Assembly (NCBI RefSeq): GCF_006345805.1
Contig: NC_043022.1
Span: 20,646,001-20,710,000, forward strand
Source of the DNA: Octopus sinensis
Lineage: Eukaryota
Direction: 5' to 3'
Length of the DNA: 64,000 nt
Numbering within the stretch: the stretch's first letter is position 1; each line of letters opens with the position of its first letter. Below are positions 13,148 through 26,200 of the stretch, piece by piece. Position numbers and translations under genes: made by a program. The notes below the pieces were generated by a model, which ran no database searches, was not told the DNA's origin, and saw nothing but the letters and a program-made list of their open reading frames with translations.

Positions 13148-14457
13148 CTAGTAGAGATACCCGGCGTTGCCCGATTACATTCAATTGGAGAATTAGACTT
13201 TTCTGTTATATCTTCTGTGATGAACTGGAATATCTATGTTTCGAATTTCATCAAAATTGCAGATGAGGGTTATTTCAATCTTTACACACCCTAAAAATTG
13301 TAATCGTGCCACATGTATCCCATAATCCTGATTTTTATGCGCATATTCCAAAATTCCAGTCTATTTAACTTGTTAAAAAGATTTGTTCCTGAAAAATGAA
13401 GGTCATGGAGCTCTAAAATGTGAGAGTTAAGGCCCCTGTTGGGGGTAGGCATCTTAATGTCAACCAGAGAAGTTGAATTGTTGAAAATCTTTTTAACTTG
13501 GTTCTTATATCTATTGTTTGAATTTCTTTGAAATAGGAAATATATGTTCACTGGGTTTGTAAAAGAGAGCAAAGCCACAGGAAACCAAAAGACGAATGAT
13601 CACAATAAGCAGTCAGTTACCCTACCCTAGTCGTTACCACTCCTAATGTAGGATTCCTCACCATCCAGGTGACAGGCACAGCCGTAAGATGCATTACGAA
13701 TCTATAGCAATTGGAAGGGCGTGACCCAACTGAAATCAACATTAACAACTGTTTGGCGTGAGAGCTAAGGAGAAATGAAAGTGTCACCTCTGTAGTTTGC
13801 AAATGACCACTATACTGATACGTAACTGGACAGAATAAATTTAAAATCTATAAATGTCTTCGAATAACCAGTCACTCATCTGGGAAGGCCTTGAAATCAA
13901 TGTTACCATCTGGGGACTATGTGTGACCGAGTGATAATAAAAAGACTGAAAGGAGGTCTGCAATCAAATAAATTTTACTCTACACTTTGCAACTGAATCA
14001 GTGGAGGCAAAGATGCCTCTCATTTACTTGACATTTATGCAGCACATTGCAGAAATCACAATGTAAGTGTATGTCAAAGCAAACTGTTACACTGTTGTAC
14101 CATTGAATTACAAATAATGCTCATCTTTTATGCTCGGGTAACCCTACAGCTTCCAAGAGCACAACTGTATTCATTTTTGCTTAGATAAAATGACAAAATT
14201 GTAGATGTTAAGTCCCCATGGAGGGGTCTTTCTAACTTTGTAAGATGAAATTTTATAGATATTACTTCATTTGTGTCTAATGTCTATGGTTAAAATTTCA
14301 TCAACAGCAAAAATATATGAATTGTCATGGGCGTTATGGCCCTTATGCATAGAATATAATTTCCAAATTTCATAAAGATCCATTCAGTACTTTTGACCAA
14401 GTTTTGGATCATAAAAGAAATTACTAAAATTTGGGATTTATGGCTCCCATTAGGGTG

Positions 14458-14460
<3 letters not shown>
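13148..14460 (-). mobile_element. Larger Helitron-like element (right boundary uncertain)
   Basis: CTAG plus hairpin CCCGGCGTTGCCCG at 13148-13173. Internal 'aaatttcat...' motifs are typical of these elements. Ends near TA/GATA microsatellites. Confidence 0.5.
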
Positions 14461-14516
<56 letters not shown>

Positions 14517-14565
14517 TAGATAGATAGATATAGATAGATAGATAGATAGATAGATAATATAGATA

Positions 14566-14612
<47 letters not shown>

Positions 14613-14890
14613 CACGCACACAAAGATAAATTGATAGATACAACTGAGTGGGCAAACAAAAATATGAGACACAGCCTAGTACTTTTTTATGTTGATAAGC
14701 CTAGTACTTACTCTATTAGTTTGTTCTTGTGAAACCAGTAAGTTATGTGGATGTAAATAAGTGAACAGCAGTTGTGAAGCAGTGATGAGGGCGAAACACA
14801 GAGACAAAGACACACACATACACTTACATATATACATACATATATATACGATTTATTTGTTACAGTTCCTGTCTACGAAATCCATATATA

Positions 14891-17607
14891 TTGTTGTTGG
14901 CATCCTTTTTGTCTCAGGAGACAATGGAGTTGCGCATAAAATAATCTAGTCCGGCTTTTACATTTCATGTCCTAATACATCTCTTGCTGTGGCTGTGCAG
15001 TCCTATCCGGGACAAACACTCCCTCTGGCAGGTGCCGTAAATGTAGCGAAGACTTTGCCTGACTGGTCTTAATGTCATAGTTTTTTGTTGACGTCTTTTC
15101 TTGTCTTTCCATTTCTCGTTTCTCACTATGTCATCCTTTGTGTTCCCTCTTTTACGATACATCGCCAATCTCCACGGTTGCTGGCAACTGCTTCCCAGTT
15201 GGTAATATTGATGTTGCAGGCATTCATGTCCCTTTTGCAAACATCCTTGTATCGTAAGAACGGTCTTCTCACAGACCTAGTGCCCCTAACAAGCTCTCCG
15301 TTGAGTATGTCCTTGGGGATTCTGCCATCTTCCATACGGCTAACATGTCCAAGCGATCTCATACGTCTTTGTGTGAAGAGTGCAAACATGCTTGGTATTC
15401 CTGCTTGCTTGAGGACATCTTTGTTAGGGACATGATTCTGCCATTTGATGCGATGGATTTTCCGGAGACAGCGCAAGTGAAAGATATTTAGGCGACGTAT
15501 GGCGTCGTATGGCGTGTGTATGGCGTCAAAGTCATACAGTAGAGTGCTAAGTACACATGCCTGGTAAATCTTCATTTTTGTGGTCTTGGTCAGCTTATTG
15601 TTGTCCCATGCGCGTTTGGTGAGTTGGGCCATCACAGCAGCTGCCTTGCCAATGCGTATATTGAGCTCAGCATCAAGGGATAGGTTGTAGGTGACGGTAG
15701 AGCCAAGATAGGTAAACTTCTCCACCTCCTATACTCTGTGGTCTCCAATATGTATGTTTGGGATGTCCGATGTAGCCTGACCCATGATGTTGGTATTCTT
15801 GAGGCTGATAACTAAGCCAAAGTTGCCAAATGCTTGCTCAAAACAGTTGCTGAGCCTTCGTAGGGCTTCTTCTGTGTGTGATACCAGAGCGGCATCATCA
15901 GCAAATAGCATCTCCTTGATCAGGTCAGGACGCTTCTGAGATTTTGGTCTTGGCACGCAGACGCGAGAGATTAAACAGTTTCCCATCACTTCTACTGTGC
16001 AGAAACACTCCATCATCTGATGTCATGTCTCAAAGGCATGTGACAGCAGCAGCGAGAAGAAGATGCCAAATAATGTAGGAGCAAGGACACAACTTTGCTC
16101 TACCCCATTTTTTATTTGGAAGGCGGCTGATGTTGAACCATTGTGCTGTATGGTGCCTTGCATATTAGCATGGAATGATTTTATGATCCTCAGCAGCTTT
16201 GGTGGACATCCGATTTTTTGGAGCAGGATGAAGAGGCCTTTTCTACTTACCAAGTCAAAGCCCTTTGTCAGATCAATGAAGGCCATATATAATGACATGT
16301 TCTGCTCTCTGGACTTCTGAAGTTGGCGTATGGAGAATATCATGTCAATAGTTGATCTGCTTCTGTTCTAAGCCACACTGCGATTCTGGATAAATTCGAG
16401 AAGCAATTAGTTGCAGCCTGGACAGGATAATGCGAGCAGAGGCCTTTCCAACTGTGCTTAGAAGAGATATTCCACGGTAATTGTTACAATCATCACGGTC
16501 ACTTTTATTTTTGTAAAGCGTAATGATGTTAGCATCCCGCATATTCTGAGGGACTGTACCCTCTTACCAGCACTGACACAGAAGCTCATGAATGTGCCGA
16601 AGCAGGATGGTATTTTTGCCGGTTTTGATGATCTCTAAGGGGATGCCGTCTTTCCCCGGAGCCTTGTTACTTGCTAGGGAGTCAATAGATTTGGTGAGCT
16701 CTGCTATAGATGGCAGACTGTCAAGTTCACACATGACTGGCAAGATCTTGACACCCTCGATTGCAGCCTCAGCTACCTCTCGTGTGTAGGGATCCTGGTA
16801 GTACTCCATCCATGTATCCTTTTGCTTGCTTTGGTCCTTGATGAGATCTCTCTTCAGTAGTTGATTTCAGAGGGGCTGAGGTGGTTGCGGATGGACCGAG
16901 GGCCTTCTTCAAACCGGCATACATCCCACGGGTGTCACCACTGTCAGCAGCTGACTGGATACTCTGACAGATTTCCTGTCAATACCCATTTGCACAGCGT
17001 CTGGCAGTGAGTTGGGTTTTATTTCTTGCCTTTCTGAGTTCTTCGAGTGACTTTGTAGAAGAAACACTCTTGTATTGCATCAGAGCTGCACGCTTTGCTT
17101 CGATAACTGTTTCCAGCTCTGAGAGCCCAGCACTGAACAAAATCTGGGTTTTACCTTTCTCTCATTCCGAAAGTATCTATTGATGTGGTATACAAAGCTT
17201 CCCTGATATAATTCCACCTACTTTCAGCAGAGGAGGTTGGGCAGCTACTGAGGGCAACCTTGATAGAAACAGCAAAGCATTGTCGCAGTGTAGGGTCCGA
17301 GGTTCTGGCAGTGTTAATGCGTGGTTGGCTCATTTTCTTGGAGTGATGGACTTTTTAGGCAGAATCCTCACCCTTCTTATTAGTGAATGATCTGTGTCAC
17401 AATCCGCGCTACGGGTCAGTTGAACAGAATTCAGAAAGGATCTTCGTGTAATTATGAGATCCAACTGATGCCAGTGGTGAGATCTTGGATGTCTCCAAGA
17501 TGCCTTGTGGGATGTCTTGTTGGGAAAGAATGTGTTGGTAATGCACAGGTTATGGTATGTGCAAAATTCAAGTAGTCTCTGGCCATTGTCATTCATGTTG
17601 CCAATAC
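14891..17607 (-). pseudogene. 5'-truncated, frameshifted RTE-clade LINE (endonuclease plus reverse transcriptase)
   Basis: Collinear ORF pieces: NGQRLLEFC..ITNTFF..DTDHSL (APE), KAPGKDGIP, NYRGISLL, AFIDLTKGFD, LFADDAAL, FTYLGS, RLNIFHLRCLR. (AAC)n tail at ~14891. Confidence 0.92.
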
Positions 17608-18351
17608 TAAAACACATACACTTACATATATACATACATATATATACGATTGATTTGTTTCAGTTCCTGTCCACGAACCATATATATGTGAGACACTGCG
17701 TAGAGCGTTTTTTAAATTTTGATAAGCCTGGTACTTATTCTATCAGTTTCTCTCTTGTGAAACCAGTATGTTATGGGGATGTAAATAAACGAACACCAGT
17801 TGTGAAGCAGTGATGAGGGAGAAACACAAAGACACACACACAGACTTACATACATACATAGATATATATACGATTGATTTCTTTCAGTTTCTGTCTACAA
17901 AATCCACTGACAAGGTTTTGGTTGGTCTCAGGCTATAGTAGAAGACACATGCCAAGTTACCACACAGTGGGGCTGAACTGAGAACCATGTGTTTTGGAAC
18001 CATAAGAATACTTATGCATAAATCTAAAATCTTAAATAATTTCTTTGTTATTGTAGTATATATCAGTAAAAAATGGAATATTCCCAAAATTGCATGATTA
18101 ATTAAATGATTTTCATTTCTTATTTAAACGTGAAAATAGGCAACTTATTTATCGATACCCAAAAACTGAACTTTCACCATTTGAATACTCACTATGTAGT
18201 GCCTTACTGCTTTCTGCTGGATTTTACCTCGAGAAAGGAACCCTGAGGAAGGAGGGCTGAATTTCGAATACTTCGTACAACAAACGGCTGCAGGTTAGGA
18301 AAAAATTTTAATCGCCTCTTTCAATTTAGGTTTTTATTTTTCATGTTTATA

Positions 18352-18917
18352 TTGGGTTGTCCGGAAAGTTCGTTCCGATTTTTAAAGGAAAGTACATGGT
18401 CACTAAATACTTGCCATTACATTTTTAATGAACCAAATCTGAACCATTTCGTTGCACAATACGTCTCCATCTTACATTTACCTTAAAAATACCCTCTTCC
18501 CAGAATTGGGGTGGTTTCAAGGCAAATAATTCATCAAGGTATCTTTTTACGTCATCTAAGGAATTGAAATTTTCACCATTACGACTATTCTGCAGAGACC
18601 TGAATAAGTGGAAATCCGAAGGAGTAATATCTGGTGAATATGGAGGGTGGGGTAAGTTACCCCAGCCAAGCTGCAGCAATTTTTGTCTGGTTCCCAAAGC
18701 ATCAAATGCCGATAATGAATTTTTCTCATCTTTTAATTTAAAGGGTTACAGAATTAACACAGGTTATTGGAACATAAACCTCTTCCACGAAAAGATAGAT
18801 TAAACTGTGCTCCAAATGGAGGTGTAGTCAAATCCTATTTTATGGACTCAAACATGTTCTAAAATAAGTCGAAAGATAAGCTACTATAAATCTGCAAGAA
18901 CTTTCCGGACAACCCAA
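18352..18917 (-). mobile_element. Internally deleted mariner (DD34D) element
   Basis: TA|TTGGGTTGTCCGGAAAGTTC ... GAACTTTCCGGACAACCCAA|TA TIRs with TA TSD. ORF 18425-18697 contains HPPYSPDITPSDFHLFRSLQN. Confidence 0.92.
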
Positions 18918-19313
18918 TATTTCTATATTTTTATCATGATATTCTTAATATAAATATGTGGATATTCGTATGGAATAATACCTCATGTGCTACATCTGAA
19001 TTTTCTTGTCTGAATGTTTTAAGACAAATATCCGAAATTTTTATCGTATACCACATTTTATTAATACTTAGCTCATATACGGTAACAAAAATGTTGTACT
19101 ATATACTGCAGGTTATCTCCATTAAAATTATATTTAGCATTAGAATTCTTCAAGTTGTATAAAAATGGTTATTGTCTGCATCATTCGAAAGCGAAATAAT
19201 TTTGCATAAGGTGTAGAAGATAAAAATAATTTGTATGGTGTTAGTAACAAAATATTTTGTAAGAAATAGAACTTTTCGTCTGTCTTAAATATATTTTCGC
19301 CAGTGTATATATC

Positions 19314-21814
19314 TCAGGTCATCCCATAAGTTCTGTCTGAATTTTGGATAAATAATACAAGTGATCAAATGTTATATTTAATTGAAAGTTAATCATCAAT
19401 GTACTTTCCCTAATTATCTATGACTTACCTCCATCTATTTACAAGCTTTTTAATCCCATCAACGTAAACTCTTTTGGTTTCAAAGCGAAGAACTCTGAAA
19501 TGTCAGGTTCGACCTCCCCCTGGCTTGCGAAAGTTGTATCCCCCTACTAATTCTGTAAACTAAAACAATGGTATCCTGAAGGAGTAAGGTCGGGAGAATA
19601 AGTTGGATGAAATTTTTCGATCTTCTGTGATGTGATCTTTGCAGTGTGGGTTGCGCATTGTCCTGATGAAACATCACTCGTTTTCGACTCACTAAAGCGG
19701 CTCTTTTTTCCTTCAAAGCTTGGTTCAAACGCTCTAATTGCTGACAGTAGACTTGAGCATTGATTGTTGCATTAGGTGGTAACAATATAAAGTGAATTAC
19801 GCCTTTGCAATCGCACCAGATAGAGAGTAGAACCTTTTTCCCATGAAGTTCCCTTCTCGGTTGTGGTTGAGAATTTTCCCTTTTACCAAGCCACTGTTTA
19901 CGACGTCTAACATTTCGATAGAAAATCCATTTTTCATCACAAGTCTATCGAAAAATGGTGAGAAGAGCAGATGCCAACTCGGGATTTGCGGTTGCTTTCG
20001 GACAATACATAAGGCACCTATTTTCCAAGTTTAGGAATCTTTCCACGTTGTTGTAGATGACGATGAACTGTTGTATGGTTTGAAGTAAGCTTTATTGCCA
20101 ATTCTTCAACTGATAATGACGGATTTTCTTCAAGTAATGCCTCAAGGAGCTTGTCAAACTCAACTGGACATCCTGTTCGATAATCATCTTCAATTTTGCA
20201 GACGATCTCCTGCAAGTTCTTTCATTCGAGCACTTTGCCATAAACTGAGTGTATGTTTCGAGTCACTTCGGCAGCAGAGTTACCTTTATTGTACTCATAA
20301 AAAATTATATGTGCCTTAAATGCTCCTAGGATACTTCCATGTTGAAAGGGGTTTTAATCAAAGCAATTTTAGGGTGTCCACGAAGTCTGGGTTTATGGAA
20401 TAAAATCATAACATAAGAAATAATAATTTTCCTTTTTTACTTTTGTTTAAATTAAATAAAAAAAATACTTTACTTTTCTGAATTTATTTGTTATTTTTTC
20501 TACAGATGATCGAATGATGGCTCTGTCTAAAGAAGAAAGAATCCCAGATCGAATGATGAATCTGTCTAAAGAAGAAAGAATCGAGTTAGTATTATTGCGG
20601 AAGAATTTAATCTTCCACACCCTTGTAGGCAACCTATTTATTTTACTGCCGTCAGGAAATTGATCAAGACATTTAAAGAAACAGGCAGTGTTTCGGATAA
20701 ACCCCGTTCCGGGCGACCAAAGACTTCAGATGAAACTAAAGAGGCTGTCGAGGCTAAAGTTTCTGCTAGCTAGCCCCAAAAAATCACTTCGTCGAACATC
20801 TACGGTGTTAGGTGTTCCAAAACCAACCATCCACAAAATGCTGGTTGAGGAAAAGTTTCATCGATACAACCTACAGATATTGCATCACTTAAATGAAGAC
20901 GATCCTGATAGACGAATGTAGACGTGCGAATGGTTTTCAGATAAATTGGATGAAAATATCAATTTTACGAAAAACTTTGTGTTGTTCAGTGACAAAGCTA
21001 CGTTTTATGTAAATGGTGAGGTCAACAGACAGAATCTTCTATACTGGTCTCGAGGTAATCCACATTGGATGGATCTATCCAAACAGCAAGACAGCAAAAA
21101 GGTGATGGTGTGGTGTGTTTTTGGAAAGCTCATGCTCTAGGACCCTTCTTCATTGAACATGTAACGGATGAGACTTATGCAAATATATTGAGAGACAAAT
21201 TAATATCTTAAATTGAGCGCCTAGGCGAGGGCCTTCCGAATTGGTTTCAGCAGGATGGGGCCCCTACCCATTTTGCCACAACTGTTAGAGATTGATTTAA
21301 TGACTTTTCCTCCTCACTAGATTGGAAGAAGGGGTCATATGGAATGGTCCCCTCGTTCACCAGACCTTTCTCCCCTTGATTTCTTTTTCTGGGGTATGTT
21401 GAAAGAGAAAGTTTACTCAATAAAGATTACAGATTTAAAACACACGAGAGAACACATTACCAGTCAGTGTGCTTAAATTGATGGCAATGTAGACTTATTT
21501 AATCAAGTTCACCTGAATTTTGCAAGGCGCATCAAGTTATGCATTGAAAATGATGGAAATCACTTTGAAAATATTATTTATTAACATTATAATTAAATAA
21601 AATTGTTTTGTTTTAAAAGTATGTGTTAATTCCCATGTACGCAGACTTTGTGGACACCGTCTATTATTATGTAAAACAATATTGAATTAGTTAAAACGTA
21701 CACAAATGCATAAAAATAATTTTTAATTGAATTAGACATTTGCAAATACTATTAAATTTCATTCAAATAAAAACAAAACAGGTAAAATTGGACAGAACTG
21801 ACTGGATGACTTGA
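19314..21814 (-). mobile_element. Degraded mariner element split by a nested insertion
   Basis: TIRs TCAGGTCATCCCATAAGTTCTGTC / GACAGAACTGACTGGATGACTTGA. Transposase fragments at 19480-20320 (TINAQVYCQQLERL..FHQDNAQP, HTTVHRHLQQ..KLGK). Confidence 0.85.
20369..21661 (+). mobile_element. IS630-Tc1-mariner element, DD40/41D (rosa/VS-like), decayed transposase
   Basis: TIRs GGTGTCCAC[G/A]AAGTCTG. Translated pieces FSDKATFYVNGEVNRQN..WS..NPHW, VMVWC, WFQQDGAPTH, SPRSPDLSPLDFFFWGMLKEKVY, with stops and frameshifts. Confidence 0.88.
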
Positions 21815-22523
21815 TATATATAATCTATGATATTCTAGTAAGTTTCAAGTTTATAACACCTTGATATCTCATGTTATCTCATTTTATATGCCTAAGACGT
21901 TTATTTTCTATTCTGGTTTTTATATATTTCTATACATTATATTTGTATCTATAATTTATTTTAAGCCGAAACATAATACGATCCTTGTACGAACGAAAGA
22001 ACAAGAATGTCCTCTGGAACGTTTATCTTCCACCGGCATTTGTAATCGATGGTGACATGTGCGATGATTTTGCGACAATCTTATATTTTACAGAGAAATT
22101 GGAAGCCCCGAATGTAAGTCAGCGCTTTATGCATAATTCAATATTTATAGTTCTCTATTTCTAACAGAAATTCTGTCCTCAATAACTATAGATCTATTTC
22201 TAAATGTAATTCTTTTTCTTTTCGTTCATGCATTCCCGTCTGTCTCTTGACAAAGTTTTCTTTCTCCAGCGTTCACCACGTCACCCCGTTAGGGTTAAAC
22301 AGCCCTTAGCGAAAATTTTGACTGTCCTGATTTTGTTAGCTAGTTTGACGTTCCACGTATGTCAAATTTTTATCTAATTTGCTTTGGGGGAGCAATTGCT
22401 TTAACGAAGACACGTCTTGTTGCAATGCGGAGTAAGTAAAACTGCCAACAACTGACGAAGGGATGTCGTTTTTTTTTTTTATATGCTGCCTTCACGCTAT
22501 AGTTCTCTATGTAATTAAATTTT

Positions 22524-23252
22524 CAAGCCAAGCCAAGCCAAGCCAAGCCAAGCCAAGCCAAGCCAAGCCAAGCCAAGCCAAGCCAAGCCAAGCCAAGCCA
22601 AGCCAAGCCAAGCCAAGCCAAGCCAAGCCAAGCCAAGCCAAGCCAAGCCAAGCCAAGCCAAGCCAAGCCAAGCCAAGCAAGCCAAGCCAAGCCAAGCCAA
22701 GCCAAGCCAAGCCAAGCCAGCCAAGCCAAGCCCAAGCCAAGCCAAGCCAAGCCAAGCCAAGCCAAGCCAAGCCAAGCCAAGCCAAGCCAAGCCAGCCAAG
22801 CCAAGCCAAGCCAAGCCAGCCAAGCCAAGCCAAGCCAAGCCAAGCCAAGCCAAGCCAAGCCAAGCCAAGCCAAGCCAAGCCAAGCCAAGCCAAGCCAAGC
22901 AAGCCAAGCCAAGCCAAGCCAAGCCACCAAGCCAAGCCATCAAGCCAAGCCAAGCCAAGCAAGCCAAGCCAAGCCAAGCCAACCAAGCCAAGCCAAGCCA
23001 AGCAGCCAAGCCAAGCCAAGCCAAGCCAAGCCAAGCCAAGCCAAGCCAAGCCAAGCCAAGCCAAGCCAAGCCAAGCCAAGCCAAGCCAAGCCACCAAGCC
23101 AAGCCAAGCCAGCCAAGCCAAGCCAAGCCAAGCCAAGCCAAGCCAAGCCAAGCCAAGCCAAGCCAAGCCAAGCCAAGCCAAGCCAAGCCAACCAAGCCAA
23201 GCCAAGCCAAGCCAAGCCAAGCCAAGCAAGCCAAGCCAAGCCAAGCCAAGCC
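22524..23252. repeat. (CAAGC/AGCCA)n pentanucleotide tract, ~145 units
   Basis: Directly visible. It is the source of the SQAKP/AWLGL pseudo-ORFs. Confidence 0.98.
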
Positions 23253-23276
23253 TCCAGTTTTAGTGGTGCGAACAAA

Positions 23277-26200
23277 GCCATAGCGCTCACTGTTGTCTCG
23301 TAGCCGCGGACATTGAGCCAATGGCGCCCAGAGCGAGCTCTGGTCGCCATAGCGCTCACTGTTGTCTCGGCCGCGGACATTGAGCCCAATGGCGCCCAGA
23401 GCGAGCTCTGGTCGCCATAGCGCTCACTGTTGTCTCGTAGCCGCGGACATTGAGCCCAATGGCCCCGCCCAGAGCGAGCTCTGGTCGCCATAGCGCTCAC
23501 TGTTGTCTCGTAGCCGCGGACATTGAGCCCAATGGCGCCCAGAGCGAGCTCTGGTCGCCATAGCGCTCACTGTTGTCTCGTAGCCGCGGACATTGAGCCC
23601 AATGGCGCCCAGAGCGAGCTCTGGTCGCCATAGCGCTCACTGTTGTCTCGTAGCCGCGGACATTGAGCCCAATGGCGCCCAGAGCGAGCTCTGGTCGCCA
23701 TAGCGCTCACTGTTGTCTCGTAGCCGCGGACATTGAGCCCAATGGCGCCCAGAGCGAGCTCTGGTCGCCATAGCGCTCACTGTTGTCTCGTAGCCGCGGA
23801 CATTGAGCCCAATGGCGCCCAGAGCGAGCTCTGGTCGCCATAGCGCTCACTGTTGTCTCGTAGCCGCGGACATTGAGCCCAATGGCGCCCAGAGCGAGCT
23901 CTGGTCGCCATAGCGCTCACTGTTGTCTCGTAGCCGCGGACATTGAGCCCAATGGCGCCCAGAGCGAGCTCTGGTCGCCATAGCGCTCACTGTTGTCTCG
24001 TAGCCGCGGACATTGAGCCCAATGGCGCCCAGAGCGAGCTCTGGTCGCCATAGCGCTCACTGTTGTCTCGTAGCCGCGGACATTGAGCCCAATGGCGCCC
24101 AGAGCGAGCTCTGGTCGCCATAGCGCTCACTGTTGTCTCGTAGCCGCGGACATTGAGCCCAATGGCGCCCAGAGCGAGCTCTGGTCGCCATAGCGCTCAC
24201 TGTTGTCTCGTAGCCGCGGACATTGAGCCCAATGGCGCCCAGAGCGAGCTCTGGTCGCCATAGCGCTCACTGTTGTCTCGTAGCCGCGGACATTGAGCCA
24301 ATGGCGCCCAGAGCGAGCTCTGGTCGCCATAGCGCTCACTGTTGTCTCGTAGCCGCGGACATTGAGCCCAATGGCGCCCAGAGCGAGCTCTGGTCGCCAT
24401 AGCGCTCACTGTTGTCTCGTAGCCGCGGACATTGAGCCCAATGGCGCCCAGAGCGAGCTCTGGTCGCCATAGCGCTCACTGTTGTCTCGTAGCCGCGGAC
24501 ATTGAGCCCAATGGCGCCAGAGCGAGCTCTGGTCGCCATAGCGCTCACTGTTCTCGTAGCCGCGGACATTGAGCCCAATGGCGCCCAGAGCGAGCTCTGG
24601 TCGCCATAGCGCTCACTGTTGTCTCGTAGCCGCGGACATTGAGCCCAATGGCGCCCAGAGCGAGCTCTGGTCGCCATAGCGCTCACTGTTGTCTCGTAGC
24701 CGCGGACATTGAGCCCAATGGCGCCCAGAGCGAGCTCTGGTCGCCATAGCGCTCACTGTTGTCTCGTAGCCGCGGACATTGAGCCCAATGGCGCCCAGAG
24801 CGAGCTCTGGTCGCCATAGCGCTCACTGTTGTCTCGTAGCCGCGGACATTGAGCCCAATGGCGCCCAGAGCGAGCTCTGGTCGCCATAGCGCTCACTGTT
24901 GTCTCGTAGCCGCGGACATTGAGCCCAATGGCGCCCAGAGCGAGCTCTGGTCGCCATAGCGCTCACTGTTGTCTCGTAGCCGCGGACATTGAGCCCAATG
25001 GCGCCCAGAGCGAGCTCTGGTCGCCATAGCGCTCACTGTTGTCTCGTAGCCGCGGACATTGAGCCCAATGGCGCCCAGAGCGAGCTCTGGTCGCCATAGC
25101 GCTCACTGTTGTCTCGTAGCCGCGGACATTGAGCCCAATGGCGCCCAGAGCGAGCTCTGGTCGCCATAGCGCTCACTGTTGTCTCGTAGCCGCGGACATT
25201 GAGCCCAATGGCGCCCAGAGCGAGCTCTGGTCGCCATAGCGCTCACTGTTGTCTCGTAGCCGCGGACATTGAGCCCAATGGCGCCCAGAGCGAGCTCTGG
25301 TCGCCATAGCGCTCACTGTTGTCTCGTAGCCGCGGACATTGAGCCCAATGGCGCCCAGAGCGAGCTCTGGTCGCCATAGCGCTCACTGTTGTCTCGTAGC
25401 CGCGGACATTGAGCCCAATGGCGCCCAGAGCGAGCTCTGGTCGCCATAGCGCTCACTGTTGTCTCGTAGCCGCGGACATTGAGCCCAATGGCGCCCAGAG
25501 CGAGCTCTGGTCGCCATAGCGCTCACTGTTGTCTCGTAGCCGCGGACATTGAGCCCAATGGCGCCCAGAGCGAGCTCTGGTCGCCATAGCGCTCACTGTT
25601 GTCTCGTAGCCGCGGACATTGAGCCCATGGCGCCCAGAGCGAGCTCTGGTCGCCATAGCGCTCACTGTTGTCTCGTAGCCGCGGACATTGAGCCCAATGG
25701 CGCCCAGAGCGAGCTCTGGTCGCCATAGCGCTCACTGTTGTCTCGTAGCCGCGGACATTGAGCCCAATGGCGCCCAGAGCGAGCTCTGGTCGCCATAGCG
25801 CTCACTGTTGTCTCGTAGCCGCGGACATTGAGCCCAATGGCGCCCAGAGCGAGCTCTGGTCGCCATAGCGCTCACTGTTGTCTCGTAGCCGCGGACATTG
25901 AGCCCAATGGCGCCCAGAGCGAGCTCTGGTCGCCATAGCGCTCACTGTTGTCTCGTAGCCGCGGACATTGAGCCCAATGGCGCCCAGAGCGAGCTCTGGT
26001 CGCCATAGCGCTCACTGTTGTCTCGTAGCCGCGGACATTGAGCCCAATGGCGCCCAGAGCGAGCTCTGGTCGCCATAGCGCTCACTGTTGTCTCGTAGCC
26101 GCGGACATTGAGCCCAATGGCGCCCAGAGCGAGCTCTGGTCGCCATAGCGCTCACTGTTGTCTCGTAGCCGCGGACATTGAGCCCAATGGCGCCCAGAGC

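Noticed and set aside
22524-23252. Telomeric repeat
   Set aside because: (TTGGC)n is not the TTAGGG repeat expected for molluscs, and it is interstitial.
22463-23321. Long SQAKP / AWLGL ORFs (up to 268 aa)
   Set aside because: They are translations of the (AGCCA)n tract, open in several frames, with no splice or domain support.
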